IMG/VR virus record: IMGVR_UViG_3300020421_000003
Origin: a virus
Strand: one strand, 5' to 3'
Length of the DNA: 64,000 bases
The position numbers and the translations under genes were made by a program. The notes below the pieces were generated by a model that saw only the letters and a program-made list of their open reading frames with translations, was not told the origin of the DNA and ran no database searches. Positions 1 through 9,825 of this stretch are shown in pieces (position 1 is the first letter of the stretch; every line of letters starts with the position of its first letter).

Positions 1-1060
1 TAAAGTTAAGACCAGCAGAAGCATTAGATGTGCCACCAGTGATTGTTTCGCCTTCACTGAAATAGTTAACCAGATAGGTGCCGTTATCAATCAGCAGAGT
101 AACGTTAACACCATCGTTATGATCAACATCAGCAGTGCCGTAGATACCACGCTGCAGGGTAAGATCGTTACCGTTAACCTGATCAATAGTGCAGAGCTCG
201 TTATCAATTACGACAACACCACCAGATACAAATCCAGTGGAGTCAGTAACAGTTAGAGTTGAGTCACCAGAGGCAAAAGTTGCACCCTCGTTAATAGTTG
301 TAACGGTAGCAGATGCAGACCATGCATTAGATGCAAGACCAGCAGGCACTACGCGAGCAGTTGTGCCCAGTCCAGAGCGACTAACTGTGACGATATTAGT
401 AGCAGTGTCAACACCAGATGCATCGATAGTGACAACTTCAGCAGCAGCATCGTCTGTGGTGCCTAGAGTCACATACATGCCATCAGCAAGACCCGTTGTG
501 CGGGAGAATGCCATCGCAGTGACACCCGTAGCATAAGATGTAAATTCTAGATCTGCACCAGTAAGTGATCCACCACGATATAAAGCAGTGTAACCAGAAT
601 CACCACCAGTTAGAGTCTCACCACCCACAAATGTGCCAGCAGCAGAGTCTGCTTGGAATTGGATAGTAGAAATATCTTTTACTTGGGTGTAGTAAGTAAC
701 CTCACCCGTTGCCTTGAAGATGTCAAGGATCTTACCACTTGATGCGTTGGTAGAGAGAAATTCTCCTCCAGGGATGGCATCAGCAAATGAAAACCCAGGG
801 TTAACAGTGACTTTATATGCACTGATTGGGTTGCCTTTAGTAAACTTATAGGTAGATGCCGATCCACCATTCTCGGATTCGGGTCCATCTAGGTGCAGCA
901 CCTGATCGTAGTCCCTTAATGCCATCCGATAAGTGGCACCACTACCAGACTGGTTGCATACACTAACAACTGTGCTGCCAGTTACAGTAGTCGGACACCT
1001 GTAAAGGACCGTATTTGTGGTTGCTCCTGGTTTAGAAGCTGCGAGTCTTCCTGCTGTCAT
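1..1060 (-). CDS. Virion structural / tail-associated protein (partial, runs off left edge)
   Basis: Not in ORF track. Hand translation from ATG at 1060: MTAGRLAASKPGATTNTVLYRCP..., open to position 1. T/G/S/D-rich beta-type sequence; directly downstream of the fibre-like gene. Confidence 0.75.
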   Translation of the reverse strand, partial: MTAGRLAASKPGATTNTVLYRCPTTVTGSTVVSVCNQSGSGATYRMALRDYDQVLHLDGPESENGGSASTYKFTKGNPISAYKVTVNPGFSFADAIPGGEFLSTNASSGKILDIFKATGEVTYYTQVKDISTIQFQADSAAGTFVGGETLTGGDSGYTALYRGGSLTGADLEFTSYATGVTAMAFSRTTGLADGMYVTLGTTDDAAAEVVTIDASGVDTATNIVTVSRSGLGTTARVVPAGLASNAWSASATVTTINEGATFASGDSTLTVTDSTGFVSGGVVVIDNELCTIDQVNGNDLTLQRGIYGTADVDHNDGVNVTLLIDNGTYLVNYFSEGETITGGTSNASAGLNF

Positions 1061-1067
1061 TTGTTAA

Positions 1068-2405
1068 TTACCAACCTGCTTGGAAAAATGATTGTAGTCT
1101 TAGTTGCCCACCCAAAACAGGTGCGGCAAGTGCTCCACCGAAACTAATTGCAACGTTACTAATGTTATTAGTAGATAGAAGTGTTGCATCAGCGTCAGGG
1201 AATTGAATGGAGCGAGCTCCAGTCAAGTTGCTGGCATCAATAGTAATGATACCGTTAACGTCATCTGGGTTATTTATCTTCGCCAGTTCTAACGTTTTAT
1301 TATAAAGAACTTGTGTCTTTCTTTCAGACACCAGCATATTAACTAATGTGCCGTTATTCAACGGTGCTGCTGGATCATCATCAGGAAAAGCAAACACATA
1401 GGTTTGGTTGTCCTCAATGTTGCTGAGATCCATTTGGATCTTTCTGGTATCATCACCAACGTCAGCAAAGATTGCACCTTTGTATATCTTGTTGGTAAGT
1501 GTCTGTGACGATGCTTCACCAACTACCTTGATATTCAAATCAGGGAAGGTAACCGTGCGGTTATTGCTCAGCAACGAAGAATCAAAGATCACATATCTTG
1601 TGGGGTCATTCTCTTCATCTGTTGAGGGAGTGTTAGAGAATGTGGGATTGACCATGTTTTTGTTGAAAACATTTTGGTCAGAGATGTCGTCCAACAAAGT
1701 AGACTGAGTATTAGCAGCACCAAAGTCAGGCAACTTGTAAGTGTGCTGACCAGGACTTTCCCAAGCGTCACATTCAAATTTTGCGATCTTATCAGTTGAA
1801 GTAGATCCTGTGATCTGCAACTCACCGTCTTTAATAATGATCGTCTTGTTTGTGACAGTCTGGAAAGTATCATTCGCCAGAATAGTGGTGCTTGTGTTTG
1901 TACCTACATTAGGTAGATCGAAACGACGTGTGCCAGACTGGGTTGAGATTGTATCAACGTTGAATTGCACTCTCTTTGCAGGGTTTTGATCACCTTGCAA
2001 GAAGAATTGTGCATCAGTCTGAATGATAGGACCATTAATAGTAAAAAATCCACTACCCTGTGGAGTCATTTCTATGCTTGACGTTGCAGATGCACTGTCA
2101 ACAGCACGAATGATCAGGGTAGAGGATCCATCAGTGTTTTCTCTTCTAGTATTATAGAGAGATGCTGATCCAAATGCTAGACCAATCTCATTAATCGCTG
2201 ACTGGTATATCCCACTATCTCGGTCCAAGTCAAACGCTAATCCAGGTGCTGATGCGCTACCTGCGCTTACACCACGGAATAGTTGATTGACCTTTGCCTT
2301 ACGGTTTGGAATCAGAGGGTCAGAGATAACGATAGGCAGAATTGCCTCGCCAGTAACGAGCGCATCTGCAATCGTATCTAATTGGGATATACGTTTAGTT
2401 GCCAC
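1068..2405 (-). CDS. Tail-fibre/baseplate-associated structural protein with internal repeats
   Basis: MATKRISQL N-terminus, GSASAPGLAFD..DSGIY fibre motif, about 5 repeats of R/H-x-F-x-L/F-P...QT-x-x-NK; late promoter upstream. Confidence 0.7.
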   Translation of the reverse strand: MATKRISQLDTIADALVTGEAILPIVISDPLIPNRKAKVNQLFRGVSAGSASAPGLAFDLDRDSGIYQSAINEIGLAFGSASLYNTRRENTDGSSTLIIRAVDSASATSSIEMTPQGSGFFTINGPIIQTDAQFFLQGDQNPAKRVQFNVDTISTQSGTRRFDLPNVGTNTSTTILANDTFQTVTNKTIIIKDGELQITGSTSTDKIAKFECDAWESPGQHTYKLPDFGAANTQSTLLDDISDQNVFNKNMVNPTFSNTPSTDEENDPTRYVIFDSSLLSNNRTVTFPDLNIKVVGEASSQTLTNKIYKGAIFADVGDDTRKIQMDLSNIEDNQTYVFAFPDDDPAAPLNNGTLVNMLVSERKTQVLYNKTLELAKINNPDDVNGIITIDASNLTGARSIQFPDADATLLSTNNISNVAISFGGALAAPVLGGQLRLQSFFQAGW

Positions 2406-2431
2406 GAAATCTCAGCACAATTGCTACAGTT

Positions 2432-3109
2432 TTATTTATAACCGTTTTTCTCCAACCATTCATTTGTCATAGGTGTAGGAGGATAAACTTCCCACATATT
2501 ACCCCGCGCACATGCTTGGAGAGCACTCATTGTCATTCCTTCAGTCTTACCTGCCCAGAATGCTTCTTTCTCCCAAGGGATTGCTCCTGGTTGGAATCTG
2601 TAGGTGTCAGCAGCAATCTCTTGCCAGATCTTGGGCACCTTGTCCTCATCCATAATGATAGCGATCATGGAGTTGTTGATAGTGCCTGCCATGCAATCCT
2701 GTGCGGCGTGCCATCCTTCATGACGCATTACACTCATCAGAGTTTCAGGACGATGCATGAATGCTCGGTTGAGATAGAAGTTGTTGCTCACAGTGTGATA
2801 TACACCACGATGTCCAACAGGGAAGTATTTTGAATCTGCAAGATATACTTTGACTCCAACCTGATTCAATGCCACAAGCATTTGGTTGAATTCATTAGAA
2901 GCGAAAGTAAACCTATCGGGACTATCATACTGAGACGAGACATCCAGAAGTGAAAAGACTTCTGTTACCCCCTCAGTACACTCTTGTAGGAGCATACAAC
3001 CCATAGAATGATTAGTGAAGTATTCACTATCTTTGAGTGGTTTGGCATTGACTGGCAATGTTGCCAATCCTAGCAGTGCTCCTGCCAATAATACATTGCG
3101 AAATTTCAT
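2432..3109 (-). CDS. Secreted HExxH (zincin-like) protein
   Basis: Signal-peptide-like N-terminus; MRHEGWHAAQDC motif. Confidence 0.6.
   Translation of the reverse strand: MKFRNVLLAGALLGLATLPVNAKPLKDSEYFTNHSMGCMLLQECTEGVTEVFSLLDVSSQYDSPDRFTFASNEFNQMLVALNQVGVKVYLADSKYFPVGHRGVYHTVSNNFYLNRAFMHRPETLMSVMRHEGWHAAQDCMAGTINNSMIAIIMDEDKVPKIWQEIAADTYRFQPGAIPWEKEAFWAGKTEGMTMSALQACARGNMWEVYPPTPMTNEWLEKNGYK
2433..2440 (-). promoter_or_regulatory. T4-type late promoter TATAAATA
   Basis: Exact gp55 consensus 28 nt upstream of the GTG start at 2405. Confidence 0.75.
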
Positions 3110-3432
3110 ACTAATAACCGTTTAAGTTTACCTTCAACAAAATGTAGCATTATCCTAGGAAAGGGTGCATAATGTGCATTCCAGACTGCAGGATAGACCT
3201 CAATACTCTTTGTAGCATAGTAGGGTTTCACCTTACCATGCAAACCGTTGGGCACATAACCCTTAGGATCTTCTCTTGAAAAGTCCTGAGTGTCGCTGTA
3301 ATCAACTTCCCATAATTGACCTGCAGGATCTAAGAAAAATGTATACATCCATCCGTCAAGATCTTTTGTTTGTAGAGGTCTCTTGTAAAAACCTGCACCA
3401 AGATCAAAGTGACATAGGATGGTGTCATACAT
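3106..3432 (-). CDS. Hypothetical protein
   Basis: 108-aa ORF, ATGA-coupled to the next gene. Confidence 0.6.
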   Translation of the reverse strand: MYDTILCHFDLGAGFYKRPLQTKDLDGWMYTFFLDPAGQLWEVDYSDTQDFSREDPKGYVPNGLHGKVKPYYATKSIEVYPAVWNAHYAPFPRIMLHFVEGKLKRLLV

Positions 3433-3442
3433 TATAAAATCC

Positions 3443-3928
3443 TCAAGAAAAACTCAATGTTGCTCTTGGTCCTAATACCAAGGGCTCATGATGCAGGTAT
3501 TTAGGTATGAATAGTGCATCGCCTGGCTCCATAAAAACTTCACCAAGACCATCTACACCATAACCTATATCTCCAATAATAGGCACAATCATGACATCTA
3601 CTGTATCATTGTGCCTACCAAAGGTGCTAGATCCACCACTCAGTGAAACATACTGGTGGAATTCTCTCATACCATAGTTGAGTTTCATATGCTCTGCAAG
3701 AGGGCGCATACTCCATGGAATATACTTCCCCTCGGAGATCATAGTATTCATACCACCCCTATGTAAGACAAGTGTCCTTGATTCGTTAAGGATTTCTTCA
3801 GGTTTGATTTTCGGTGCGATCACCGTGAAATCTTTTTGTTGCCTGTCGGTTTCCAACTTATCAAATACATCTTCCCAGGTGATATTACTTACGTCAACTA
3901 TTCTTTTTGACAGCTTTGCTTGACTCAT
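3443..3928 (-). CDS. Cupin/JmjC-like Fe(II) oxygenase
   Basis: FGRHND...MEPGDALFIPKYLHHEP (HxD...H). Start re-assigned to MSQAKL at 3928. Confidence 0.65.
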   Translation of the reverse strand: MSQAKLSKRIVDVSNITWEDVFDKLETDRQQKDFTVIAPKIKPEEILNESRTLVLHRGGMNTMISEGKYIPWSMRPLAEHMKLNYGMREFHQYVSLSGGSSTFGRHNDTVDVMIVPIIGDIGYGVDGLGEVFMEPGDALFIPKYLHHEPLVLGPRATLSFS

Positions 3929-4016
3929 GGAGTTTCTTAACTGCTTTGACCGTTTCGGGTGTTTCTTCCCATTCCCAGGTGTCTCCACCCTTCCCAATGA
4001 ATTGTTTCTTAGGCAT
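3894..4016 (-). CDS. Small hypothetical protein (40 aa)
   Basis: Hand translation MPKKQFIGKGGDTWEWEETPETVKAVKKLHESSKAVKKNS; overlaps both neighbours. Confidence 0.5.
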   Translation of the reverse strand: MPKKQFIGKGGDTWEWEETPETVKAVKKLHESSKAVKKNS

Positions 4017-4230
4017 TTTTCTCCTCCTTTTTTGTTTTGAAGTAGAGTTTATAATACCTCTTCTTCATTTCATTGATGGTGTCCATATCTTCCTTGAAAC
4101 CCATATATTTAAGATGTTGGGATGTGCCCTCCATCTCACTAATGAGTAGCAGGAGACCTACACCAGTGACAGGTCTCCCACCGAAATCATATGAACTCTT
4201 GACTGCAGGATCAGTCAGGGACTTCCTCAT
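4009..4230 (-). CDS. Hypothetical protein
   Basis: ORF in tightly packed operon; start uncertain. Confidence 0.55.
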   Translation of the reverse strand: MRKSLTDPAVKSSYDFGGRPVTGVGLLLLISEMEGTSQHLKYMGFKEDMDTINEMKKRYYKLYFKTKKEEKNA

Positions 4231-4483
4231 AATTTTCAATCCAATCACTGAGATCAAATAGGATGGGATGACATCCTTCTAACACCAGATAGTCTGATGA
4301 TGTGTAGAGATCATCCATCGTAAATTCTCGTGCAGTATCTGCATCGAGTTTGACTTCTTCTAATTCACTCATAAACTTCGGCAACTCTTCAAATGTAAAC
4401 GGCATACCCTGGATGAAGTACATCTGGACTATACCTATGTCTTCCAAATGATGAAAAGAGCTAGTGATCCGAACCTTCTGCAT
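4211..4483 (-). CDS. Hypothetical protein
   Basis: 90-aa acidic ORF in operon. Confidence 0.6.
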   Translation of the reverse strand: MQKVRITSSFHHLEDIGIVQMYFIQGMPFTFEELPKFMSELEEVKLDADTAREFTMDDLYTSSDYLVLEGCHPILFDLSDWIENYEEVPD

Positions 4484-4484
4484 C

Positions 4485-4733
4485 TTAGAAACCTTGCGTC
4501 ATTTCTCCAAGAGACTCTGCAACGTATGCCTGGACCGCAGCAGGGTCAGGCACAAATTCTTCAGGGTCTGGGATATTTATCTCAGATCCTTTATCCTTGG
4601 TGACGAGAGGTGTCATCATACAAATACCGCCTGGATGGACGATTTTGATTGTATGTCCTCTCTCAACAAGGGAGAATACGAAGTCGAAGTTTGCCTGGAC
4701 TTCGGCACAGTCTAATGTAATAATGCTATTCAT
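4485..4733 (-). CDS. Hypothetical protein
   Basis: 82-aa ORF, ATGA coupling. Confidence 0.6.
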   Translation of the reverse strand: MNSIITLDCAEVQANFDFVFSLVERGHTIKIVHPGGICMMTPLVTKDKGSEINIPDPEEFVPDPAAVQAYVAESLGEMTQGF

Positions 4734-4921
4734 GCGAGATAAGTGATTAGATCTTCAGGGAGGTTTTTGTTGAATTCAGCGATAGTCTCACTGAAACCCT
4801 CGGCACCTTCTTCATCAAACTTCCATTTGATAACTTCGTCCACACCCTCACTATCCATCATTTTGATGGAGCGTTGAGAGATGGTAACCCAGATGTGCTC
4901 AAGGTAGGTATCGGTTTCCAT
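4730..4921 (-). CDS. Hypothetical protein
   Basis: 63-aa acidic ORF. Confidence 0.6.
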   Translation of the reverse strand: METDTYLEHIWVTISQRSIKMMDSEGVDEVIKWKFDEEGAEGFSETIAEFNKNLPEDLITYLA

Positions 4922-4952
4922 GGGAGCATGATGAAGACTCCCATATCATACC

Positions 4953-7694
4953 TCAATTCAGCAGCAATGGCAAGCCATAGACCTGATGGGGTCCGAGTCC
5001 GCAACCTGTTGCCATGTAACCCGTGCCAACACCCGTGTGGATCAGTCCAGTAGCAACCTGATTCAATAGGGCACCAGTGGGCACAAATTCAGCAATCACA
5101 CCAGTAGGAGATGCGATGAAGGTTGAGTGGACACCTGCACTAGATCCCATGATGATGTCATTCATGGATGCAGGCATGGATGTACCCAGACAGATCCTAG
5201 TCTGTGTTGGTGGTGCCAGACCAGGGATAGGCAGGTCAGTAGTGATATCAATGATTGCACCATTCACAAAGGTGAATTGACCAGACAATGCTTTGAGTGG
5301 GTTGAATACTGCAACGATCTCAAATCTACCACTGTTGAGGAAAGAAGAGATCCAGTTTGCCTCGTTAGTAATCTCACCCGATGCCACGTTTTCAATCGTG
5401 TTTGCTTCAGTCTTAATAGTCTGAGAGTTAAATGCTAGTGAGTTAATTGCAGTGATCTTAACCTTTGCACCCTGAATACTAACGTCACCAGTGTATGCAA
5501 TGTCATGGTCACCCTCTTTACGAGTTGCAGACTTCTGCTCTTTCTTGTCTTCTAACTTACCAGCTAGTTGACTACCCCATGGCACTTTACCCATCTCATC
5601 TGCTTCAGGATGGAAAGGAATCTCATCAACAGGATAGAAGTGACCACCAGGCAATGCCTTGAAGTATTGATCACGCTCAGTCTGCTGAATGTGGACCATG
5701 TTGTAAGAGTTATTATTGTTTTTATTTTTCTTCTTGGTAGAAGACTTATCAGCACCACCAGTGTCCAGACTAGCAGTCACGTCTGTGCCCTGTTGAGCAA
5801 TCTTAGTTTTCTTAGCATCAGTACGATCAGTTACTTTGATTGCCTGAGCATCAAGGTCACTCTTTGCATCAGCCTTATCTGCCTTCTTAGATGATCCCTT
5901 AGACTTTGCTTGAGGACCCTGAGAGGCATTATCATTCTTAGATCCTGTTACTTCCTCATGATAGTTACCCATGACCTTCAGATAGAAGTCACCCTCAACT
6001 GTCAACACATAGTTACCTTTAATGGTCTCACACTTATCCTTAGCAACGATCTTAGTTTCGTTGTTGGGGATATTCTTGTGCTCGTTACCATGTCCATCTT
6101 GGAAAGAAGTAACACCACCAGGACCCTGAGTGATCTGCTTCTCAATGCCAGGTGTTGCATCATTGATGACCTTAGCACCATTCAGTTGGGTAACAACCTC
6201 CATGAGGTTTACATTGATCTTAGTAAACATCTGATCGATGTAACTACCGCTGTTACCGCCTCCAGTGACAGCATCATCAAAACTAGAGTATGGTGTGCCA
6301 ACGATTGCTTCATTGACATTGCCACATTCCGTAGTCCCGATCAACGGGAACCACGACTTTGATTTCGGTCGTTTAATCTTCCTCCCACAATCTTTCTGGA
6401 AGAATGCCTTCAGGATGGCAAACAGGAGTTTAATTAGACCTGCCCAGTTAAGTTGAGTGAAGTCAAACTCAAAGATTGATGTTACTGTGTCACCAAGTGC
6501 TCTTGCTTGACCAGCAATACCCTTTGCCATATCAACCGCAGCGATCACATCTCCAGCAATATCCTTGACACGATTCATTGTCTTGGTGATACCACTAAGG
6601 ATACGATTAGTAACACCCTTAACAGCAGAGTCAACACCCTTAAGTTTATCAGCAATCTTATCTACAATCTGCGTCGCTATATTATTAGCGAACGCAGAGA
6701 CATCCGATATTGCGGCTTGCACTAGCCCCAACCACATCGGTTTCTTCATACAGAAGATATCAAAGATCATCTCAAGGAACATCATGATTGTGTTGATCAC
6801 AACCAGAGGGACAAAACTAGAGATGATTTGCACAATCTTACCAACAACCTCAGCAATGAGTTTGGCAAGCAATTCTTTCAATGGTGCAAGAATACCAGCG
6901 ATACCACCAGCAAGGAAATTCATGATCTTACCCATGTGCTCCATCACCTTATCGCCTGCAACCTTCTTACCCGTTGCAAGGGAGATGAATCCACCAGGAC
7001 CACTGGCAAGAGTCGCTGCCATGTTGCCCAACTCTGTGAGCATACGCTCTAGGTCAGTCGAGAAACCTTCACCACTAGGACCAGCAACACCGTCAGCAAT
7101 AGACTGCTTCTCTACAGGAGGTTTAGTAGGGTTAGTAACAGCATTACCAGGCAGAGTTTCCTCAGCGGCAGAGATAACGCCGCGAGCCTCTTCTCCACCC
7201 ACTGTGCCAGGAGCCCCAGGCGTGCCTGTCTGCTTCTTAGGCATTGGATGACCGTCATTTCTTTCATTACCTGCTAAGTCTTTCTTCTGTGGAGTCTCAG
7301 TCTTCAACTTTTCTGCATTAGCACCATCAGCAGCAGTTGTTTTCTTCTTAGGATCTTCCTTTGTTTGGAATCCACGGAATGCACCCATGACAATAGGCAA
7401 CTGTGCCTCATCACCGTCAAGGAAGAAACCCATGACCCATGCGCCAGGTTGCAATCCAGTGGTGGATCCAACAGATTTAGTCTGTGCTTTATCCGTAGGT
7501 AGCAACACCTGTGCCCATGGCAGCACCTTTGTAGGCATCTCTTTCGTGTATGCCTGCTTTGCCTTGTGACCAGTATACCAACCGAGAATACGCACCTGGA
7601 CACGACCTAACTCGGAGGGATCCTCGATATTCTCAACTTCCCCGATCCACCAAGTGTAACCGTCTCTTCCTAGGTAATCAGTGCGTTCTCTCAT
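4953..7694 (-). CDS. gp5: Baseplate hub/spike protein (T4 gp5-like)
   Basis: N-terminal OB fold WWIGEVENIEDP..LGRVQVRILG, LPWA, GAWVMGFFLDG; beta-helix repeats IKGNYVLTVEGDFYLKVMGN. Confidence 0.9.
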   Translation of the reverse strand: MRERTDYLGRDGYTWWIGEVENIEDPSELGRVQVRILGWYTGHKAKQAYTKEMPTKVLPWAQVLLPTDKAQTKSVGSTTGLQPGAWVMGFFLDGDEAQLPIVMGAFRGFQTKEDPKKKTTAADGANAEKLKTETPQKKDLAGNERNDGHPMPKKQTGTPGAPGTVGGEEARGVISAAEETLPGNAVTNPTKPPVEKQSIADGVAGPSGEGFSTDLERMLTELGNMAATLASGPGGFISLATGKKVAGDKVMEHMGKIMNFLAGGIAGILAPLKELLAKLIAEVVGKIVQIISSFVPLVVINTIMMFLEMIFDIFCMKKPMWLGLVQAAISDVSAFANNIATQIVDKIADKLKGVDSAVKGVTNRILSGITKTMNRVKDIAGDVIAAVDMAKGIAGQARALGDTVTSIFEFDFTQLNWAGLIKLLFAILKAFFQKDCGRKIKRPKSKSWFPLIGTTECGNVNEAIVGTPYSSFDDAVTGGGNSGSYIDQMFTKINVNLMEVVTQLNGAKVINDATPGIEKQITQGPGGVTSFQDGHGNEHKNIPNNETKIVAKDKCETIKGNYVLTVEGDFYLKVMGNYHEEVTGSKNDNASQGPQAKSKGSSKKADKADAKSDLDAQAIKVTDRTDAKKTKIAQQGTDVTASLDTGGADKSSTKKKNKNNNNSYNMVHIQQTERDQYFKALPGGHFYPVDEIPFHPEADEMGKVPWGSQLAGKLEDKKEQKSATRKEGDHDIAYTGDVSIQGAKVKITAINSLAFNSQTIKTEANTIENVASGEITNEANWISSFLNSGRFEIVAVFNPLKALSGQFTFVNGAIIDITTDLPIPGLAPPTQTRICLGTSMPASMNDIIMGSSAGVHSTFIASPTGVIAEFVPTGALLNQVATGLIHTGVGTGYMATGCGLGPHQVYGLPLLLN

Positions 7695-7715
7695 TTGAAT
7701 AATAATTCTATGTGA

Positions 7716-8183
7716 TTATTTATCGATCAAGGTGAAGAGGAATTCACCTTCTTCTTCAGGTTTACCCCATGCTTGCTTATCAGTTTCAGTATTCCATCCT
7801 TGATCCAATGATCTGTAGTCTAGTCCGTTGAATCGGATCCTAGACTTAATCAGAAACTTACCTACCTGACACCAACCATCAGGAATACCTGTCCACCATT
7901 TACCATCCCAAGTCCAGATAAAAGGACAACTGTCCTCTCTGCTTAAGTAGTTATAGGTGTCAGTCCTGACAGTTGTCTCAGTCGTCTCAGTTATTCTGTA
8001 TCTTAACCAGTTATATGCGTCCTTCTCGCCTTTATACTTGTACCAGGACTTGGATTCAAAAATTCCAGATGATGTTTGCCAAATCCTGATATCTATCTGT
8101 GGCCATTGAGAGGGATTACTCTGTGCCTGCAGTTTATTACGATAGTGCCCATATAAGAGCTCCTCAAAGTTATTCATTTTCAA
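7716..8183 (-). CDS. cpeT: CpeT/CpcT-like phycobilin lyase
   Basis: GHYRNKLQAQSNPSQW and SLDQGWN...QAWG...GEF match T-type lyase motifs. Confidence 0.7.
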   Translation of the reverse strand: MKMNNFEELLYGHYRNKLQAQSNPSQWPQIDIRIWQTSSGIFESKSWYKYKGEKDAYNWLRYRITETTETTVRTDTYNYLSREDSCPFIWTWDGKWWTGIPDGWCQVGKFLIKSRIRFNGLDYRSLDQGWNTETDKQAWGKPEEEGEFLFTLIDK

Positions 8184-8196
8184 CCCTTACATGGTT

Positions 8197-8225
8197 ATTA
8201 TAATAATTTATTGGAGGTTTGTCAA
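8197..8225 (-). promoter_or_regulatory. Sigma70-type early promoter TTGACA-17-TATAAT
   Basis: Perfect consensus upstream of cpeT; the -35 overlaps the cp12 stop codon. Confidence 0.85.
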
Positions 8226-8449
8226 TCCTCGTAAACTAAACACTCAGGTTCCGAAGGATTCTGGTCGCAGAAGAGCTCCAGATATGTGGGATCATGATGA
8301 TCTCCTGCTTCAATCTCTTTCTTGTGATGCTCAGCATAATCCTCCAATTCATGCAACTCGCCTTCAATGTGGCGACGTTGATTGGGTGAGATCATAGGAT
8401 TGTCTAGGATCTCTTTGTCTTTTTGGATGTGCTTTTCGATGCTTTCCAT
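8222..8449 (-). CDS. cp12: CP12 Calvin-cycle inhibitor
   Basis: C-terminal HDPTYLELFCDQNPSEPECLVYED. Confidence 0.92.
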   Translation of the reverse strand: MESIEKHIQKDKEILDNPMISPNQRRHIEGELHELEDYAEHHKKEIEAGDHHDPTYLELFCDQNPSEPECLVYED

Positions 8450-8454
8450 TTCAG

Positions 8455-9825
8455 TTACTTAGTGGGAATTGAGTCTCTAATCAAAAGCAATTCAGAACTA
8501 CAACCTTTCTTGGTGTAGGTAAATGTATGGGCAGCAATGAGATACTTCCCGCTAAATTTCCTATCCTTGGTAACACTCTTACCCTTCTCGCGAGATCCAG
8601 GTATGATGAGTTTAATAACGTCCCCTGCACAGAGTGCAGTGTTTCCAGGCACCTTGATGGTTAACTGAATTGCTTTCATTAAATTATATCTAGCCGCTGC
8701 GTATTCTGCAACCGCCAAAGTGTCAAAGTTTTGAGTCCCATTGTCAGGATCTCCTTGCGGTTTACCTGTACTGCCTTGCTGATGGGCAAGTGCTGGGATG
8801 ATTCTCATCTTTTGTCTAGTAGGCGATGCACCCTCCCCCTTCACCTCTTCAGGCATATTGAATGGTGGTGAATCATGAAGGGTCTTAGCTCTCTTGAAGA
8901 TAGCGTCAAACGCGGTTTCTCTAGCAGGATATACCGTGCCTGAGGGTGAAGACTTCTTGTCATTACTACCGCCTGACTGTGTAGCATTACTTAGTGTAGG
9001 CATAGTCATACAAATACCAGTGGTAACTGTTTTATATGTGCCCATTCTCATATGTCTGAGATGGTTTGCCTTATCAGGATATTGAATCGATTCAATATTG
9101 TAATACCCAGGATCTCCCTCTTCTAGTTGACCCTGCTGTTTGTATGTATATGAAAATTCAAACCCCTGCTCACACAAAGAGTCAATAGACTTAAAGTTAT
9201 ATCCTCTCTGAGTTTCATAGAATAAGAATCCAGATTGTTTCTGAGATCCCGCACCAGATGTCACCCTAGTAACCTTGTCCGAGACATATGAGATAAGATC
9301 TACAGGTCTCCAGTTGGGAGATACAACCATAACTCTAGAGTGTTTTTCAAAATTCTCTTCCTTAAGTCTCTTGCCAGGTGCTTTCAGGTATTTCTTACAG
9401 ACAAACTTGGGAATGTTTTCAACGTCCTTGGATCCACCCTCATCAATAGGACCAAATGCTTTGAAGACTTTGAATAATTCATTGTTATACATCTCTGGTG
9501 AGCAACAGAAAAGTTTATACATCTGTCCTCTCTCAGATTTGATGATGTCACCAATCTTATAGACTTTGAATTCTAACTTCAAGATGCCTTTATCATCCGC
9601 TGATAAAGTTTTTAGATTGACTTCAACCTTCTCACCACCCTGCAAATTCAAGTTAAAGTCAACAGAGTCAATCATCGTCAACTCTAGGCGTACAAATGGT
9701 GCCTCAATAGACTCATAGTAGACAAAATTTCCCACTAGATCCTTAATGTCATACTCTTCCTCATTAGTGAGCGTAGTTAGAGAAATTTTGTTACACTTAA
9801 ATTCTCTTGATGCGTTGTTTGCCAT
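8455..9825 (-). CDS. Baseplate hub / tail protein (gp27-like position)
   Basis: YYESI, FLFYET..GYNFKSIDSL, VPGN..L.AGDVI, FSGKYLI motifs; lies between tape-measure-like genes and gp5. Confidence 0.65.
   Translation of the reverse strand: MANNASREFKCNKISLTTLTNEEEYDIKDLVGNFVYYESIEAPFVRLELTMIDSVDFNLNLQGGEKVEVNLKTLSADDKGILKLEFKVYKIGDIIKSERGQMYKLFCCSPEMYNNELFKVFKAFGPIDEGGSKDVENIPKFVCKKYLKAPGKRLKEENFEKHSRVMVVSPNWRPVDLISYVSDKVTRVTSGAGSQKQSGFLFYETQRGYNFKSIDSLCEQGFEFSYTYKQQGQLEEGDPGYYNIESIQYPDKANHLRHMRMGTYKTVTTGICMTMPTLSNATQSGGSNDKKSSPSGTVYPARETAFDAIFKRAKTLHDSPPFNMPEEVKGEGASPTRQKMRIIPALAHQQGSTGKPQGDPDNGTQNFDTLAVAEYAAARYNLMKAIQLTIKVPGNTALCAGDVIKLIIPGSREKGKSVTKDRKFSGKYLIAAHTFTYTKKGCSSELLLIRDSIPTK

Noticed and set aside
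189-888. Track ORFs 189-536 (+) and 679-888 (-)
   Set aside because: They are the antisense and an alternative frame of the real gene 1-1060 (-), which the track missed because it runs off the window.
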